A program made the position numbers and the translations under genes. 64,000 bases of DNA. Source: an uncultured Gemmatimonadales bacterium. GTDB taxonomy: Bacteria; Gemmatimonadota; Gemmatimonadetes; Longimicrobiales; RSA9. The notes beneath the pieces are model-generated. The model searched no databases. It worked only from the letters and a program-made list of their open reading frames with translations, and was not told the origin of the DNA. Shown one piece after another: positions 33,801 through 43,481 of this stretch (within the stretch, counting starts at the first letter, position 1; every line of letters starts with the position of its first letter). Where the stretch lies: positions 4,480,001 to 4,544,000 of the forward strand of contig OY970192.1 in NCBI GenBank assembly GCA_963708135.1. The letters run 5' to 3'.

Positions 33801-34321
33801 CCGTGGTGCTCGCGGCCAAGCTCCTCGCGCTCACGCTCGGCGCCCACACGCTGGTCACCCTGCTCGCGCTCTTCATCCGCGCGCCCCGCGGGCTACGCTG
33901 GGCCGCGTACGCCGTGGGACTGGCGATCCCGGTGGCCATCGGGTTCCTCTTCGGACGCGCCGTGCGCGGCCCGATCCCCGCCGCCGACGCCGTCGCCGGT
34001 CGGGCGTGGGCGTTCGTCCGCGGCCTGGCCGCCCTCGCGCCCCGCCGCGCGGTGGCCACGCTCCTCGGCCTCGCCGCGCTGGCGCTGCTCCCGCCCGCGT
34101 TCCGCACGGTCCACGGCCTGTGGACCCGGACCGGCGGCCGCCTCGTCCGCGCTGGCCGACGCCGCTTCTCCGCCTGGCGCGGCCGCCGCCGCCGCGCGGC
34201 CCCCGCGCCCGGCACTCCCGCCGGCGTCGCCGGCCTGCACCCCCAACCCGGCGTCGGCGCCGTGGCCGTGACCCGCCCTGGCCTGCTGCGCCGCTTCTGG
34301 CCGTTCGGCCGCCGCCCCTGA
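30851..34321 (+). CDS. Patatin-like phospholipase (TIGR03607/DUF3376 type) with C-terminal TM helices
   Basis: MYGGVSLAIY, SGTSAGG, SSFPFAFEP, DGGYLDNKPF, HFGAFL..WRRNDILWGRLDGAE. Confidence 0.9.
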   Translation: MPTRPETLYTQEIRFAVVMYGGVSLAIYMNGIAQELLRMVRATAPDPRDPGRVLLADEELDGSERAYRKLGQILSRGEPLPERAEAASDAPIRTRFVVDVISGTSAGGINGIFLAKALANAQSLDGLRRLWIREGDLARLLNDRASVADLSPLAPSVPPRALLNGERMYVELLRAFRGMEAGAPDGAAGAPWTRAGAGAVVSPFVDELDLFVTTTDIRGTVVPLRLTDEVARELRYRDVFHFRYRPGSPQAAGATGRNDFAASENPVLAFAARCTSSFPFAFEPMRADTARRLLRLFPGPAAASERPVDAAALRQYLRGFSSPAADGAEVVERSFGDGGYLDNKPFSYAIDALSHRRAALPTQRKLVYVEPDPEHPELAGQAAAPPDALENVQAALLGIPRYEAVREDLQRVLARNRLVTRVDSILAGAEEDAPHAGIGPRTHTLSGESYADSDLSVMIRQYGIGYGGYHRLKVAAVSDFLADVFACAGGLDTGSDEWYGVRYLVRAWRDAHYVHYRSEDETGRKRTMNAFLLRYDLDYRVRRLAYLRTRLDEVTAGAGRLYEALVQESGAPAHDALRERLFAVLAGVDAALSLLTAEREALLHGHEATIPAEDSAAADWLLVPPPAAGAAARDSLAAGVAATGVTGELLRELLALDTDEERRASAEWLLGVRETPEPDPGPGRPARLERVAPALPGALPRRPTEPAAFERLAASIADRIERATMAAGRVAGTVMGEDAVGRLARRLYDEFEAIDLVAYPPLYATEAGGELDRVDVFRVSPEDATSLVADPVDARRKLGGASFYHFGAFLEERWRRNDILWGRLDGAERLVATVVPRAHAGLRAALVREAQVPIVAAELRSAGAEVLGPVAARAHTLTDAELFDAFRTDYELDRHLDPAGSLRSVGRSTTIIGRMLDDLADRRARAARPLAVWVTRLGRTFAAMVELATPGSFARIGGAQVVALLYLAELLLLGGGYVLGQREAVVLAAKLLALTLGAHTLVTLLALFIRAPRGLRWAAYAVGLAIPVAIGFLFGRAVRGPIPAADAVAGRAWAFVRGLAALAPRRAVATLLGLAALALLPPAFRTVHGLWTRTGGRLVRAGRRRFSAWRGRRRRAAPAPGTPAGVAGLHPQPGVGAVAVTRPGLLRRFWPFGRRP

Positions 34322-34398
34322 TGGGCGCCGGCGGCCGCTTGTCTACCGCCCGCTGCCGTCCCATTCTGCTCGGACGGATGCACGGCTAAGGAGGGGGC

Positions 34399-36063
34399 AT
34401 GGCCACGACCGAGGCACACACCGTCCGCGCGCCGCGTGGCGCCGAGCGCACCTGCAAGGGGTGGACGCAGGAAGCGGCGATGCGGATGCTCATGAACAAC
34501 CTGGATCCCGAGGTCGCGGAGCGGCCGGAGGACCTCGTCGTCTACGGCGGCACGGGGCGGGCGGCGAGGAGCTGGGAGGCGTACGAGGCCATCGTGCGCA
34601 CGCTCCGCGACCTCGAGGATGACGAGACGCTGCTCGTCCAGTCGGGCAAGCCGGTGGGCGTCTTCCGCACCACGCCGCACGCGCCCCGCGTCCTCATTGC
34701 CAACGCCAACCTGGTCGGCCGCTGGGCCAGCTGGGAGTACTTCCGGGAGCTCGAGCGGCAGGGCCTCATCATGTACGGCCAGATGACCGCCGGCTCCTGG
34801 ATCTACATCGGCACGCAAGGCATCCTCCAGGGCACCTACGAGACCTTCGGCGCCGTGGCCCGGAAGCACTTCGGCGGCTCGCTGCGCGGCCGCTGGCTGC
34901 TCACCGGCGGCATGGGCGGCATGGGCGGCGCGCAGCCGCTCGCGGCCACCATGAACGAGGCCGCGATCCTCGTCGTCGAGGTCGATCCCGCCCGCATCGA
35001 GCGCCGCGTCTCGACCGGCTACTGCGACCGCATGACGGCCGATCTCGACGAGGCGCTCGCCTGGGTGACCCGCGCCGCGGAGACCGGCGAGCCGCTGTCC
35101 GTCGGGCTCATCGGCAACTGCGCCGACGTGCTGCCCGAGCTCGCCCGCCGCGGCGTCGTCCCCGACGTGCTCACCGACCAGACCTCGGCCCACGACCCGC
35201 TGAACGGCTACGTCCCCGCCGGCCTCTCGCTCGCGCAGGCCGCCCGCCTGCGCGAGCGCGACCCGGAGGATTACGTCCGCCGCGCGCGCGCCTCCATCGC
35301 CCGCCACTGCGAGGCCATGGTCGCGCTCATGCGCGCGGGCGCCGTGACCTTCGACTACGGCAACAACCTGCGGGGCGAGGCGGCGGAGGCGGGCTACGGG
35401 GAGGCGTTCGCCTTCCCCGGCTTCGTGCCCGCCTACATCCGGCCGCTCTTCTGCGAGGGCAAGGGCCCCTTCCGCTGGGCGGCCCTCTCCGGCGAGGCGG
35501 CCGACATCCACCGCACGGACGACCTGGTGCTCGAGCTCTTCCCCGAAGACGAGCACCTGGCGCGCTGGATCCGCCTGGCGCGCGAGAAGGTCCAGTTCCA
35601 GGGGCTGCCCGCCCGCATCTGCTGGCTCGGCCAGGGCGACCGCGCGAAGTTCGGCGTGGCCATCAACGACCTCGTCGCGAGCGGCGAGATCGCCGCCCCG
35701 ATCGTGATCGGGCGCGACCATCTGGACACGGGAAGCGTCGCCTCCCCGTACCGCGAGACGGAGTCGATGAAGGACGGTTCCGACGCCATCGCGGACTGGC
35801 CGATCCTGAACGCGCTGCTGAACACCGCCTCCGGCGCCAGCTGGGTCAGCTTCCACCACGGCGGCGGCGTGGGCATCGGCAACTCGCTCCACGCCGGCCA
35901 GGTGCTGGTGGCCGACGGCACGGACGAGATGAGGGAGCGCATCGAGCGCGTGCTCACGAACGATCCCGGCATCGGCGTCGCGCGCCACGCGGACGCGGGC
36001 TACGAGGAGGCGGTCGAGACGGCCCGCGCCCACGGCATCCGCCTGCCGATGATCGAGACCTGA
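34399..36063 (+). CDS. hutU: Urocanate hydratase
   Basis: [50 protein letters not shown]. Confidence 0.98.
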   Translation: MATTEAHTVRAPRGAERTCKGWTQEAAMRMLMNNLDPEVAERPEDLVVYGGTGRAARSWEAYEAIVRTLRDLEDDETLLVQSGKPVGVFRTTPHAPRVLIANANLVGRWASWEYFRELERQGLIMYGQMTAGSWIYIGTQGILQGTYETFGAVARKHFGGSLRGRWLLTGGMGGMGGAQPLAATMNEAAILVVEVDPARIERRVSTGYCDRMTADLDEALAWVTRAAETGEPLSVGLIGNCADVLPELARRGVVPDVLTDQTSAHDPLNGYVPAGLSLAQAARLRERDPEDYVRRARASIARHCEAMVALMRAGAVTFDYGNNLRGEAAEAGYGEAFAFPGFVPAYIRPLFCEGKGPFRWAALSGEAADIHRTDDLVLELFPEDEHLARWIRLAREKVQFQGLPARICWLGQGDRAKFGVAINDLVASGEIAAPIVIGRDHLDTGSVASPYRETESMKDGSDAIADWPILNALLNTASGASWVSFHHGGGVGIGNSLHAGQVLVADGTDEMRERIERVLTNDPGIGVARHADAGYEEAVETARAHGIRLPMIET

Positions 36064-36120
36064 TGGCGACGCACCCGCCGCCGGCCCGCCGGCGCGCCGC
36101 GCCCGCCCGCGGCTGAGCGC

Positions 36121-37617
36121 ATGCCGATCCTCGTCCCCGACCTGCTCTACGTCCATGGCCGCTTCCTGCCCGGACTGGCCGTGGACTGCGACGCCGCCAC
36201 CGGCCGCATCCGCCGCGTCGGCCCGACCGAGGCGCTCGTCTCCGCCGGCAGCCCGGAGACGCTGCTCGCGGGCGGCCCCGCCGCGGAGCTGGGGCCCGAC
36301 GCCACCGCCGCCGAGTTCCTCGAGGACCGCGACGCCACGGAGCGCCTCCCCGGCCGCGCGCTCCTGCCCGGCTTCGTGAACGCCCACTCGCACGCGTTCC
36401 AGCGCCTCATCCGCGGCCGCACCCAGTGGCGCCCGGCCGACCGGCCCGAGGCCGACTTCTGGAGCTGGCGCGAGGCCATGTACGGCGCCGCTCAGATCCT
36501 CTCCCCCGACGACGTCTTCCACGCCAGCCGCTTCGCGTTCCTCGAGATGCTGCGCGCCGGCTTCACCAGCGTGGGGGAGTTCCACTACCTGCACCGCGAT
36601 CCCTCGGGCGAGCCGTACGCCGAGCCGAACGAGCTGGCGCGGCGGGTGCTCGACGCCGCGGGCGAGGTCGGCATCCGCATCGCGCTGCTGCAGGTCTGCT
36701 ACGCGGCCGGCGGCATCGGCCGGCCGCTCGGCGAGGCGCAGCGCCGCTTCGCCACGCCCGACCTGGACGGCTTCCTGGCCGGCTGCGAGGCCCTCGGCCG
36801 CGCCGTCGAGGATCGCCCGCTCGCCTCCCTCGGCGTGGCGCCGCACAGCGTGCGCGCCGTGCCCCGGGACTGGCTCGCGCCCCTTCACGCCTGGGCCGCG
36901 CAGCGCCGCCGGCCGTTCCACATCCATGCGAGCGAGCAGCGCGCAGAGGTCGAGGCCGCGCTCGAGGCCTACGGCCTCCGGCCGCTGGCGCTGCTCGCCG
37001 AGGAGGGCGTGCTCGACGCGCGCACGACGGCCGTCCACGCCACGCACATCGACGAGGAGGAGATCCGGCTGCTGGCGCGGTCCGGCGCCACCGTCTGCGC
37101 CTGCCCGACCACCGAGCGCGACCTGGGCGACGGCTTCCTCCCCGGTGCCTCCCTCCTCGCGGCCGGCGTGCCGGTCGCGCTCGGCAGCGACAGCCAGACC
37201 GTGATCGACCCGCTCGAGGAGATGCGGCTCCTCGAGTACCACGAGCGCCTGCGCGCCGAGCGCCGCGTGCTGCTCGCCGCGCCCGCCCCCGACCACCCCG
37301 ACCGCGTGGAGGTGGCCGGCACGCTCCTCCGCGCCGGCACGGTGGCCGGCGCGCGCTCTCTCGGCCTCGAGGCCGGCGAGATCCGCGACGGCGCGCTGGC
37401 GGACCTCGTCGCCTTCGACCTCGCTCACCCCGCGCTCGCGGGGTGGACCGAGGAGACGCTCGCGGCGATGATCGCCCTGTCCGCGCCGCCCGCCGCGATT
37501 CGCGACGTCTGGGTCGCGGGGGTCCGCCGCGTCGAGGGCGGCCGCCACACGCTCGATGCATCCGCCGCACTCTCCTTCCGCGAGGTGGCCGGCCGGCTGC
37601 TCGGAGACACCGCGTGA
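36121..37617 (+). CDS. hutF: Formimidoylglutamate deiminase
   Basis: NAHSHAFQR, FWSWREAMY, GEFHYLH, APHSVRAV, HIHASEQ, CPTTERDLGDG, GSDS; follows hutU. Confidence 0.9.
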   Translation: MPILVPDLLYVHGRFLPGLAVDCDAATGRIRRVGPTEALVSAGSPETLLAGGPAAELGPDATAAEFLEDRDATERLPGRALLPGFVNAHSHAFQRLIRGRTQWRPADRPEADFWSWREAMYGAAQILSPDDVFHASRFAFLEMLRAGFTSVGEFHYLHRDPSGEPYAEPNELARRVLDAAGEVGIRIALLQVCYAAGGIGRPLGEAQRRFATPDLDGFLAGCEALGRAVEDRPLASLGVAPHSVRAVPRDWLAPLHAWAAQRRRPFHIHASEQRAEVEAALEAYGLRPLALLAEEGVLDARTTAVHATHIDEEEIRLLARSGATVCACPTTERDLGDGFLPGASLLAAGVPVALGSDSQTVIDPLEEMRLLEYHERLRAERRVLLAAPAPDHPDRVEVAGTLLRAGTVAGARSLGLEAGEIRDGALADLVAFDLAHPALAGWTEETLAAMIALSAPPAAIRDVWVAGVRRVEGGRHTLDASAALSFREVAGRLLGDTA

Positions 37618-39758
37618 GCGCAGCCCGTCCGGTGACGCCCGGCCGACCCGCCGCCGCCCTCCTGGCCCTCCTCCTCGCCGGGGCCGCCCGGCCGCTCGCG
37701 GCGCAGCGCGAGCCGCTCACGGGGTTCACGCCGCAGGGCTCGGCCGCGGAGCGCGCGCTGGAAGCCGACGCCGTGGCCCGGATCGCGCCGGCCGAGCTCG
37801 ACTCGTTCTCGTACGCGCTGACGCGCCGGCCCCATGTGGCGGGCTCGCCCGAGCAGGCCGCCACCCGGGACTGGGTGCTCGACCACACGCGCGACTGGGG
37901 GCTCCGCAGCGAGTCGAAGGGCTACAGCGTCTACCTGCCGTGGCCCACGGCCCTCTCGCTCGAGATGATCGTGCCGGAGCACCGCGCTTTCGAGCTGCAC
38001 GCGCAGGCGCTCGAGGGGGATCCGACCAGCGCGCTGCCGCAGTTCCCGTGGGTGAACGGCTACTCCGGCACGGGCACGGCGGTCGGGCCGCTCGTCTACG
38101 TCAACTACGGCCTGTACGAGGACTACGCCGCGCTCGACTCGCTGGGCGTGAGCGTGAAGGGGAGGGTCGTGCTGGCCCGCTATGGCCGCTCGTACCGCGG
38201 CATCAAGGCCCGCCTCGCGCAGCAGCACGGCGCATCGGCGCTGATCATCTACTCGGACCCCGAAGACGACGGCTTCGTGCGCGGCGACGTCTTCCCCGAC
38301 GGGCCGTACCGCAATCCGAGCGCGGCGCAGCGCGGCAGCGTGCTGAACGGCGACGGCGATCCCACCACCCCGGGCTGGCCGAGCACGTCCGGCGCGAAGC
38401 GGGTGGATCCCACGAGCACGCCGTGGCTCGAGTTGCCCACCATCCCGGTGATCCCGGTGAGCTATCGCGTGGCCGAGCCGCTGCTCCGTGCGCTGCACGG
38501 GGCCGACCTGCCGCAGCAGGCGTGGCAGGGTGGACTGCCGTTCCGCTACCACGTCGGGCCGGGGCCCGCGGCCGTGCGCGTCACCGTGGCCGATGACCGG
38601 GCCACGCGCGGGATGAAGGACATCTGGAACACCGTCGCGTGGGTGCCTGGCTCGGAGCGGCCGGGCGAGTGGATCGTGATCGGCGGGCATCGCGACGCGT
38701 GGGATGCGGGCGCGAACGACAACGTGAGCGGGACGAGCGCGGTGCTCGCCGCCGCGCGCGCCGTCGCCGAGCTGGCGCGGGAAGGGAAGGGGCCCCGCCG
38801 CACGCTGGTCTTCGCCACCTGGGACGCCGAGGAATGGGGACTGACCGGCTCGGTCGAGTGGGTCGAGGAGATGGCGGACCAGCTCGGCGCGAACGCCGTG
38901 GCCTATATCAACCAGGATGCCATCGCCAGCGGCGCGCGCTTCGGCGCGAGCGCCTCGCCCTCGCTCAAGGCCTTCGTCCGCGGCGTCACCCGCGCCGTGA
39001 CCTCGCCCGAGGGCGGCACGGTCTACGACCACTGGAGGGAGGAGGGGCCCCCCGCGCCGGCGGCGGATGGCGACGTCGCCCTCGGAAACCTCGGCGGCGG
39101 CAGCGACTTCGCCGGCTTCTACAACCACCTGGGCATCCCCAGCGCCTCCTGGGGCTTCGGCGGCGGCAGCGGCGAGTACCACTCGACCTACGACGACTAT
39201 ACCTTCGAGTCCGAGTACGGCGACCCCGGCTTCGTCCACCACGCCGCCAGCGCACGGCTCGCGGCCGTGGCCGCGCTGCGGCTGGCCGATGCCGCCGTGC
39301 TGCCCTACGATTACGGCGAGTTCGCGCGCGAGCTGCGCGCGGCCGTCTTCCGGCTGCAACGCCAGGCCGTGGACGCGCAGCTCGACAATGCGGCCCTGGT
39401 CCGCCTGGACAGCGCGTTCGCGCGCATGGAGGAAGCCGCGGCCGCGTTCGCCGGCGCCCGCGACGCCGCGCTCGTCCGCGCCGCGCCGCCCGCCGCGCTC
39501 GACTCGGCCAACCGGCACCTCATGCTCGTGGAGCGGTCCATGACCCGCCCCGAGGGGCTGCCCGGCCGGCCGTGGATGAAGAACCTCGCCTTCGCCTCCG
39601 ACTTCCGGAACGGCTACGCCACGATCGTGCTGCCGGCGGTGGCCGAGGCCATTCGCGCGGCCGACGCCGGGCGCATGGCCGTGGAGGCCGACGACCTGGC
39701 CCGGCGGGTGGCTGCCGCCACCGAACACCTCCGCCAGGCCGCCGCCGCGCTCCGCTGA
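37614..39758 (+). CDS. M28 peptidase (glutamate carboxypeptidase II-like; PA and TfR-dimerisation domains)
   Basis: PHVAGS, VYVNYG, GGHRDAW, WDAEEWG, GGGSDF, YHSTYD; GTGA overlap with hutF. Confidence 0.9.
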   Translation: MSAARPVTPGRPAAALLALLLAGAARPLAAQREPLTGFTPQGSAAERALEADAVARIAPAELDSFSYALTRRPHVAGSPEQAATRDWVLDHTRDWGLRSESKGYSVYLPWPTALSLEMIVPEHRAFELHAQALEGDPTSALPQFPWVNGYSGTGTAVGPLVYVNYGLYEDYAALDSLGVSVKGRVVLARYGRSYRGIKARLAQQHGASALIIYSDPEDDGFVRGDVFPDGPYRNPSAAQRGSVLNGDGDPTTPGWPSTSGAKRVDPTSTPWLELPTIPVIPVSYRVAEPLLRALHGADLPQQAWQGGLPFRYHVGPGPAAVRVTVADDRATRGMKDIWNTVAWVPGSERPGEWIVIGGHRDAWDAGANDNVSGTSAVLAAARAVAELAREGKGPRRTLVFATWDAEEWGLTGSVEWVEEMADQLGANAVAYINQDAIASGARFGASASPSLKAFVRGVTRAVTSPEGGTVYDHWREEGPPAPAADGDVALGNLGGGSDFAGFYNHLGIPSASWGFGGGSGEYHSTYDDYTFESEYGDPGFVHHAASARLAAVAALRLADAAVLPYDYGEFARELRAAVFRLQRQAVDAQLDNAALVRLDSAFARMEEAAAAFAGARDAALVRAAPPAALDSANRHLMLVERSMTRPEGLPGRPWMKNLAFASDFRNGYATIVLPAVAEAIRAADAGRMAVEADDLARRVAAATEHLRQAAAALR

Positions 39759-39820
39759 CGGGTGACCTCACCGGCCCCGGCGTGCCGCCTTGGCGGCGCG
39801 CCGGCGGCAAGGGAGACGTG

Positions 39821-40945
39821 ATGGGCAGCTTCCGGCTGGGCAGGATCTTCGGCTTCGAGATCCGGATCGACTTCTCCTGGTTCATCATCTTCTTCCTGAT
39901 CCTGTGGACCTTCACCTTCGCCGTATTCCCGCAGAGCGCGCCCGGCCTCCCGCGCGGGGCCTATGTCGCCATGGGCCTCATCGGGACGCTCCTCTTCTTC
40001 GCCTCGCTCCTCACCCATGAGCTGTCCCACTCCTTCGTGGCGCGCGCGAAGGGCATTCCGGTCGAGGGGATCACCCTCTTCATCTTCGGCGGGATGGCGC
40101 GGACCCGCGCCGAGGCGGCCAGTCCGGGCGACGAGTTCGTCATCGCCGGCGTCGGCCCGCTCACGAGCCTCGGGCTCGGGCTGGTCCTGGGGCTGGTCTG
40201 GTGGCTCGGCACCAGCTGGGGGTGGAGCCCGGCCGTGACGGCCGTGGCTCAGTACGTCGGCTCGCTCAACGTGCTGATCGCCGTCTTCAACCTGCTGCCT
40301 GGATTCCCGCTCGATGGCGGCCGCCTGTTCCGCGCCATCACCTGGAAGCTGACCGGCGACCTCGGCCGCGCGACCCGCCTGTCCACGACCGGCGGCCGCT
40401 GGCTCGGCTACCTGCTGGTCGGCCTCGGCCTCTGGCAGGCCTTCACCGGCGCCGTGCTGGACGGGCTGTGGCTCGTCTTCATCGGCTGGTTCCTCCGCAA
40501 CGCCGCCGCATCGAGCTACCAGCAGCACGTGCTGCTCCAGGTGCTCTCCCGCGTGCCGGCCCGCGAGGCGATGACGCCGCACCCCGAGACGGTCGTCCCG
40601 GACCTCTCGCTCCAGCAGGTGGCCGACGAGCACTTCCTCCGGCGCCGCTTCCTGGGCTACCCCGTGGTCGAGGACGGGCGCACGCTGGGCTTCATCACCC
40701 TCGACCAGGTGCGCGCCGTGCCCCGCGAGCAGTGGCCGGCCCGCTCCGTGCGTGAGACCATGGCCCCCCGGGACGAGGCCTGGGTCGTCCGGCCGGACGT
40801 GGACATGAGCACGGTCCTCGAGCGCCTCGAGGACTCCCCCGTCCGACGCGTGCTCGTCGAGCGGGACGGTGTCCTCGAGGGCCTCATCACCGCGGCCGAC
40901 GTGGCCGGCTGGCTGCGCCGCGTGCGCGCGCTTCCCGGCTCCTGA
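39821..40945 (+). CDS. Site-2 protease (M50) with CBS pair
   Basis: HELSH and FNLLPGFPLDGG motifs; C-terminal CBS-like domains. Confidence 0.92.
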   Translation: MGSFRLGRIFGFEIRIDFSWFIIFFLILWTFTFAVFPQSAPGLPRGAYVAMGLIGTLLFFASLLTHELSHSFVARAKGIPVEGITLFIFGGMARTRAEAASPGDEFVIAGVGPLTSLGLGLVLGLVWWLGTSWGWSPAVTAVAQYVGSLNVLIAVFNLLPGFPLDGGRLFRAITWKLTGDLGRATRLSTTGGRWLGYLLVGLGLWQAFTGAVLDGLWLVFIGWFLRNAAASSYQQHVLLQVLSRVPAREAMTPHPETVVPDLSLQQVADEHFLRRRFLGYPVVEDGRTLGFITLDQVRAVPREQWPARSVRETMAPRDEAWVVRPDVDMSTVLERLEDSPVRRVLVERDGVLEGLITAADVAGWLRRVRALPGS

Positions 40946-40994
40946 GCCGCCCGTGCCGACCGTTCCCGACCGTCCCAGCCAGCGTGGAGACGCG

Positions 40995-41831
40995 ATGCCC
41001 GACCCGTTCGAGATCCCCGCCCACCGGCTGCCGCCCGGCTTCGCCGAGCGCATCGACGCGCCTCCGGGGAAGCCGGCCGAGACGCGGCCCGCCGCGACCG
41101 CCGTGCTGCTCCGCGACGCGGATCTCGGTCCCGAGACTCTGCTGCTCCGCCGCCCCCGCGCGAGCGGGTTCGTCCCCGGCGCGTACGTCTTCCCCGGCGG
41201 CCGCGTCGACGAGGCCGATGCCGAGCCCGGGCTCCTCGGGCGCGTCGTCGGCATGCCGGCCGCGCCGGAGCCGCCCGCGCCCTACTGGATCGCTGCGGCC
41301 AGGGAGGTGTTCGAGGAGACCGGCGTGCTGCTCGCCACCGACGGCGTTGGCCGGCCCGCGCCGGACGCCGCCAGCGACCGCCGCATGGGCGACTGGCGCG
41401 AGTCGCTGCTCGCCGAGGAGGCCGTGCTCCTCGACGTGCTCGCCGAGGGATCGCTCGCGCTCGACTTCTCCCGGACCGTCTACTGCGCCCACTGGATCAC
41501 GCCGCTCGCGGAACCGCGCCGCTACGACACCCGCTTCTTCCTGGCGGCGCTGCCCGCCGGGCGCGAGGCCACGCACGACCCCCGCGAGATGACCGACGCC
41601 CTCTGGCTCGCGCCCGCCGCCGCGCTCGAGCGCTTCGCCGCCGGCCGCTTGCCGATGGTCTTCCCGACCGTCAAGATGCTGGAGCGGCTCGCCGGCTTCC
41701 ACTCCGTCGCGGAGGCGCTGGAGGCGTTCCGCGGCCGCCGCGTGCGCGCGGTGCTCCCACGCCTCGTGCGTACGGGCTCCGGCGTCGCCATCGTCGTCGA
41801 GGATGAGTCTTCCGGAGAACGACCCGAATGA
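40995..41831 (+). CDS. NUDIX hydrolase
   Basis: RPAATAVLLRD, VFPGGRVD, AAREVFEETG, HWITP, RRYDTRFF. Confidence 0.9.
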   Translation: MPDPFEIPAHRLPPGFAERIDAPPGKPAETRPAATAVLLRDADLGPETLLLRRPRASGFVPGAYVFPGGRVDEADAEPGLLGRVVGMPAAPEPPAPYWIAAAREVFEETGVLLATDGVGRPAPDAASDRRMGDWRESLLAEEAVLLDVLAEGSLALDFSRTVYCAHWITPLAEPRRYDTRFFLAALPAGREATHDPREMTDALWLAPAAALERFAAGRLPMVFPTVKMLERLAGFHSVAEALEAFRGRRVRAVLPRLVRTGSGVAIVVEDESSGERPE

Positions 41832-43312
41832 GCTCCAGGCCAACCACCCTGGGCGCGCTGCGCGAGAGCGGCTGGCGCTCCCGGCCCGTCAAGGACGAGA
41901 TCCGCGCCAACCTGCTGGACAAGCTGAGGAGCGGGGAGACGCTCTTCCCCGGCATCGTCGGCTACGAGGACAGCGTCGTGCCGCAGATCGTGAACGCGCT
42001 GCTCTCGCGCCACAACTTCATCCTGCTGGGACTGCGCGGGCAGGCCAAGAGCCGCATCGTGCGCCAGCTCGTCTCGCTCCTCGACGACGAGATGCCGATC
42101 CTGGCCGGCAGCGAGGTCAACGACGACCCCTTCGCTCCACTCTCCAAGTACGGCCGGCTCCTGATCGAGCAGGAGGGCAACGACGCCCCCATCGCGTGGG
42201 TGCCGCGCGCCTCCCGCTACGTCGAGAAGCTCGCCACCCCCGACGTAACAGTGGCCGACATCATCGGCAATGTCGACCCCATCCGCGCCGCCCGCGGCGG
42301 CCACGTCCTCTCCGACGAGCTCACCATCAACTTCGGCCTGCTGCCCCGTGCCAACCGCGGCATCTTCGCCATGAACGAGCTGCCCGACCTGGCCGGCAAG
42401 ATCCAGGTCGGCCTCTTCAACATCATGCAGGAGGGCGACGTCCAGATCAAAGGCTACCCCGTCCGCCTCCCCCTCGACGTCCTTCTCGTCTTCACCGCCA
42501 ACCCCGAGGACTACACGGCCCGCGGCAAGATCATCACGCCGCTCAAGGACCGCATCGGCGCCGAGGTCTCGACCCACTACCCCGAGTCCGTCGAGGATGG
42601 CGCCCGCATCACCAGACAGGAGGCATGGCTCGACCGCGGCGACGCCGCCGTCGACGTCCCCGAGTTCGTGGCCGACGTCATCGAGCGCGTCGCCTTCCTC
42701 GCCCGCGAGGACAAGCGCGTCGACCAGCGCTCCGGCGTCAGCCAGCGCATGCCCATCTCCGTCCTCGAGACCGCCGTCTCCAACGCCGAGCGCCGCGCCC
42801 TCGTCTCCGGCGAGGACCGCCCCGTCACCCGCGTGAGCGACATCTTCGCCGCCCTCCCCGCCATCACCGGCAAGATCGAGCTCGAGTACGAGGGCGAGCT
42901 CGTCGGCGGCCAGAAGATCGCCCACGAGCTCGTCTCCCGCGCCGCCGGCGAGACCTTCCAGGCCTGGGGCGGCGAGGCCGCCGAGGACAGCGTCGAGGAG
43001 GTCGTCGAGTACTTCGACCGAGGCGGCGTGCTCCAGCTCGCCGACGACTCCGCCGCGCCCGCCGTCCTCGAGGGATTCGGCACCGTCCCCGGCCTCCTCG
43101 ACTCCGTCCGCGAGGTCGGCCTCGCCCGCGACGACGCCCCCGGCCGCATGGCCGCCGCCTGCGAGCTCGTCCTCGAGGCCCTCGTCGCCGACCGCCGCAT
43201 CAGCCGCTCCGACGCCGGCCGCTACAGCCGCGCGCCCCGCCGCTCCAGCTCCCACGGCGGACCACACGGCGGCCTCGGCGGCGGCCTCGGACCCCCGCCC
43301 TTCGAGGTCTGA
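41828..43312 (+). CDS. Magnesium-chelatase-like AAA+ ATPase (Rv0958-like)
   Basis: Walker A variant GLRGQAKS, YVEKLATPD, IFAMNELPDL, TANPEDYT, PLKDR. Confidence 0.88.
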   Translation: MSSRPTTLGALRESGWRSRPVKDEIRANLLDKLRSGETLFPGIVGYEDSVVPQIVNALLSRHNFILLGLRGQAKSRIVRQLVSLLDDEMPILAGSEVNDDPFAPLSKYGRLLIEQEGNDAPIAWVPRASRYVEKLATPDVTVADIIGNVDPIRAARGGHVLSDELTINFGLLPRANRGIFAMNELPDLAGKIQVGLFNIMQEGDVQIKGYPVRLPLDVLLVFTANPEDYTARGKIITPLKDRIGAEVSTHYPESVEDGARITRQEAWLDRGDAAVDVPEFVADVIERVAFLAREDKRVDQRSGVSQRMPISVLETAVSNAERRALVSGEDRPVTRVSDIFAALPAITGKIELEYEGELVGGQKIAHELVSRAAGETFQAWGGEAAEDSVEEVVEYFDRGGVLQLADDSAAPAVLEGFGTVPGLLDSVREVGLARDDAPGRMAAACELVLEALVADRRISRSDAGRYSRAPRRSSSHGGPHGGLGGGLGPPPFEV

Positions 43313-43481
43313 GGCCCGCCGCAGGGCCCCCTCGCGGCCGCGGAGGGTGCGCGCTTCTCGGGCGCGCCTTGGGCTCAGGCTGTGGCGGGTGAAGCAGCCC
43401 GCCAGGCTGGCGGCGGGCCAGTGCAGGGCCTCGCCGGGGCCTCGGCCGAGCGCGGCCCCGGTGCGCCCGGACCGAACCCGC

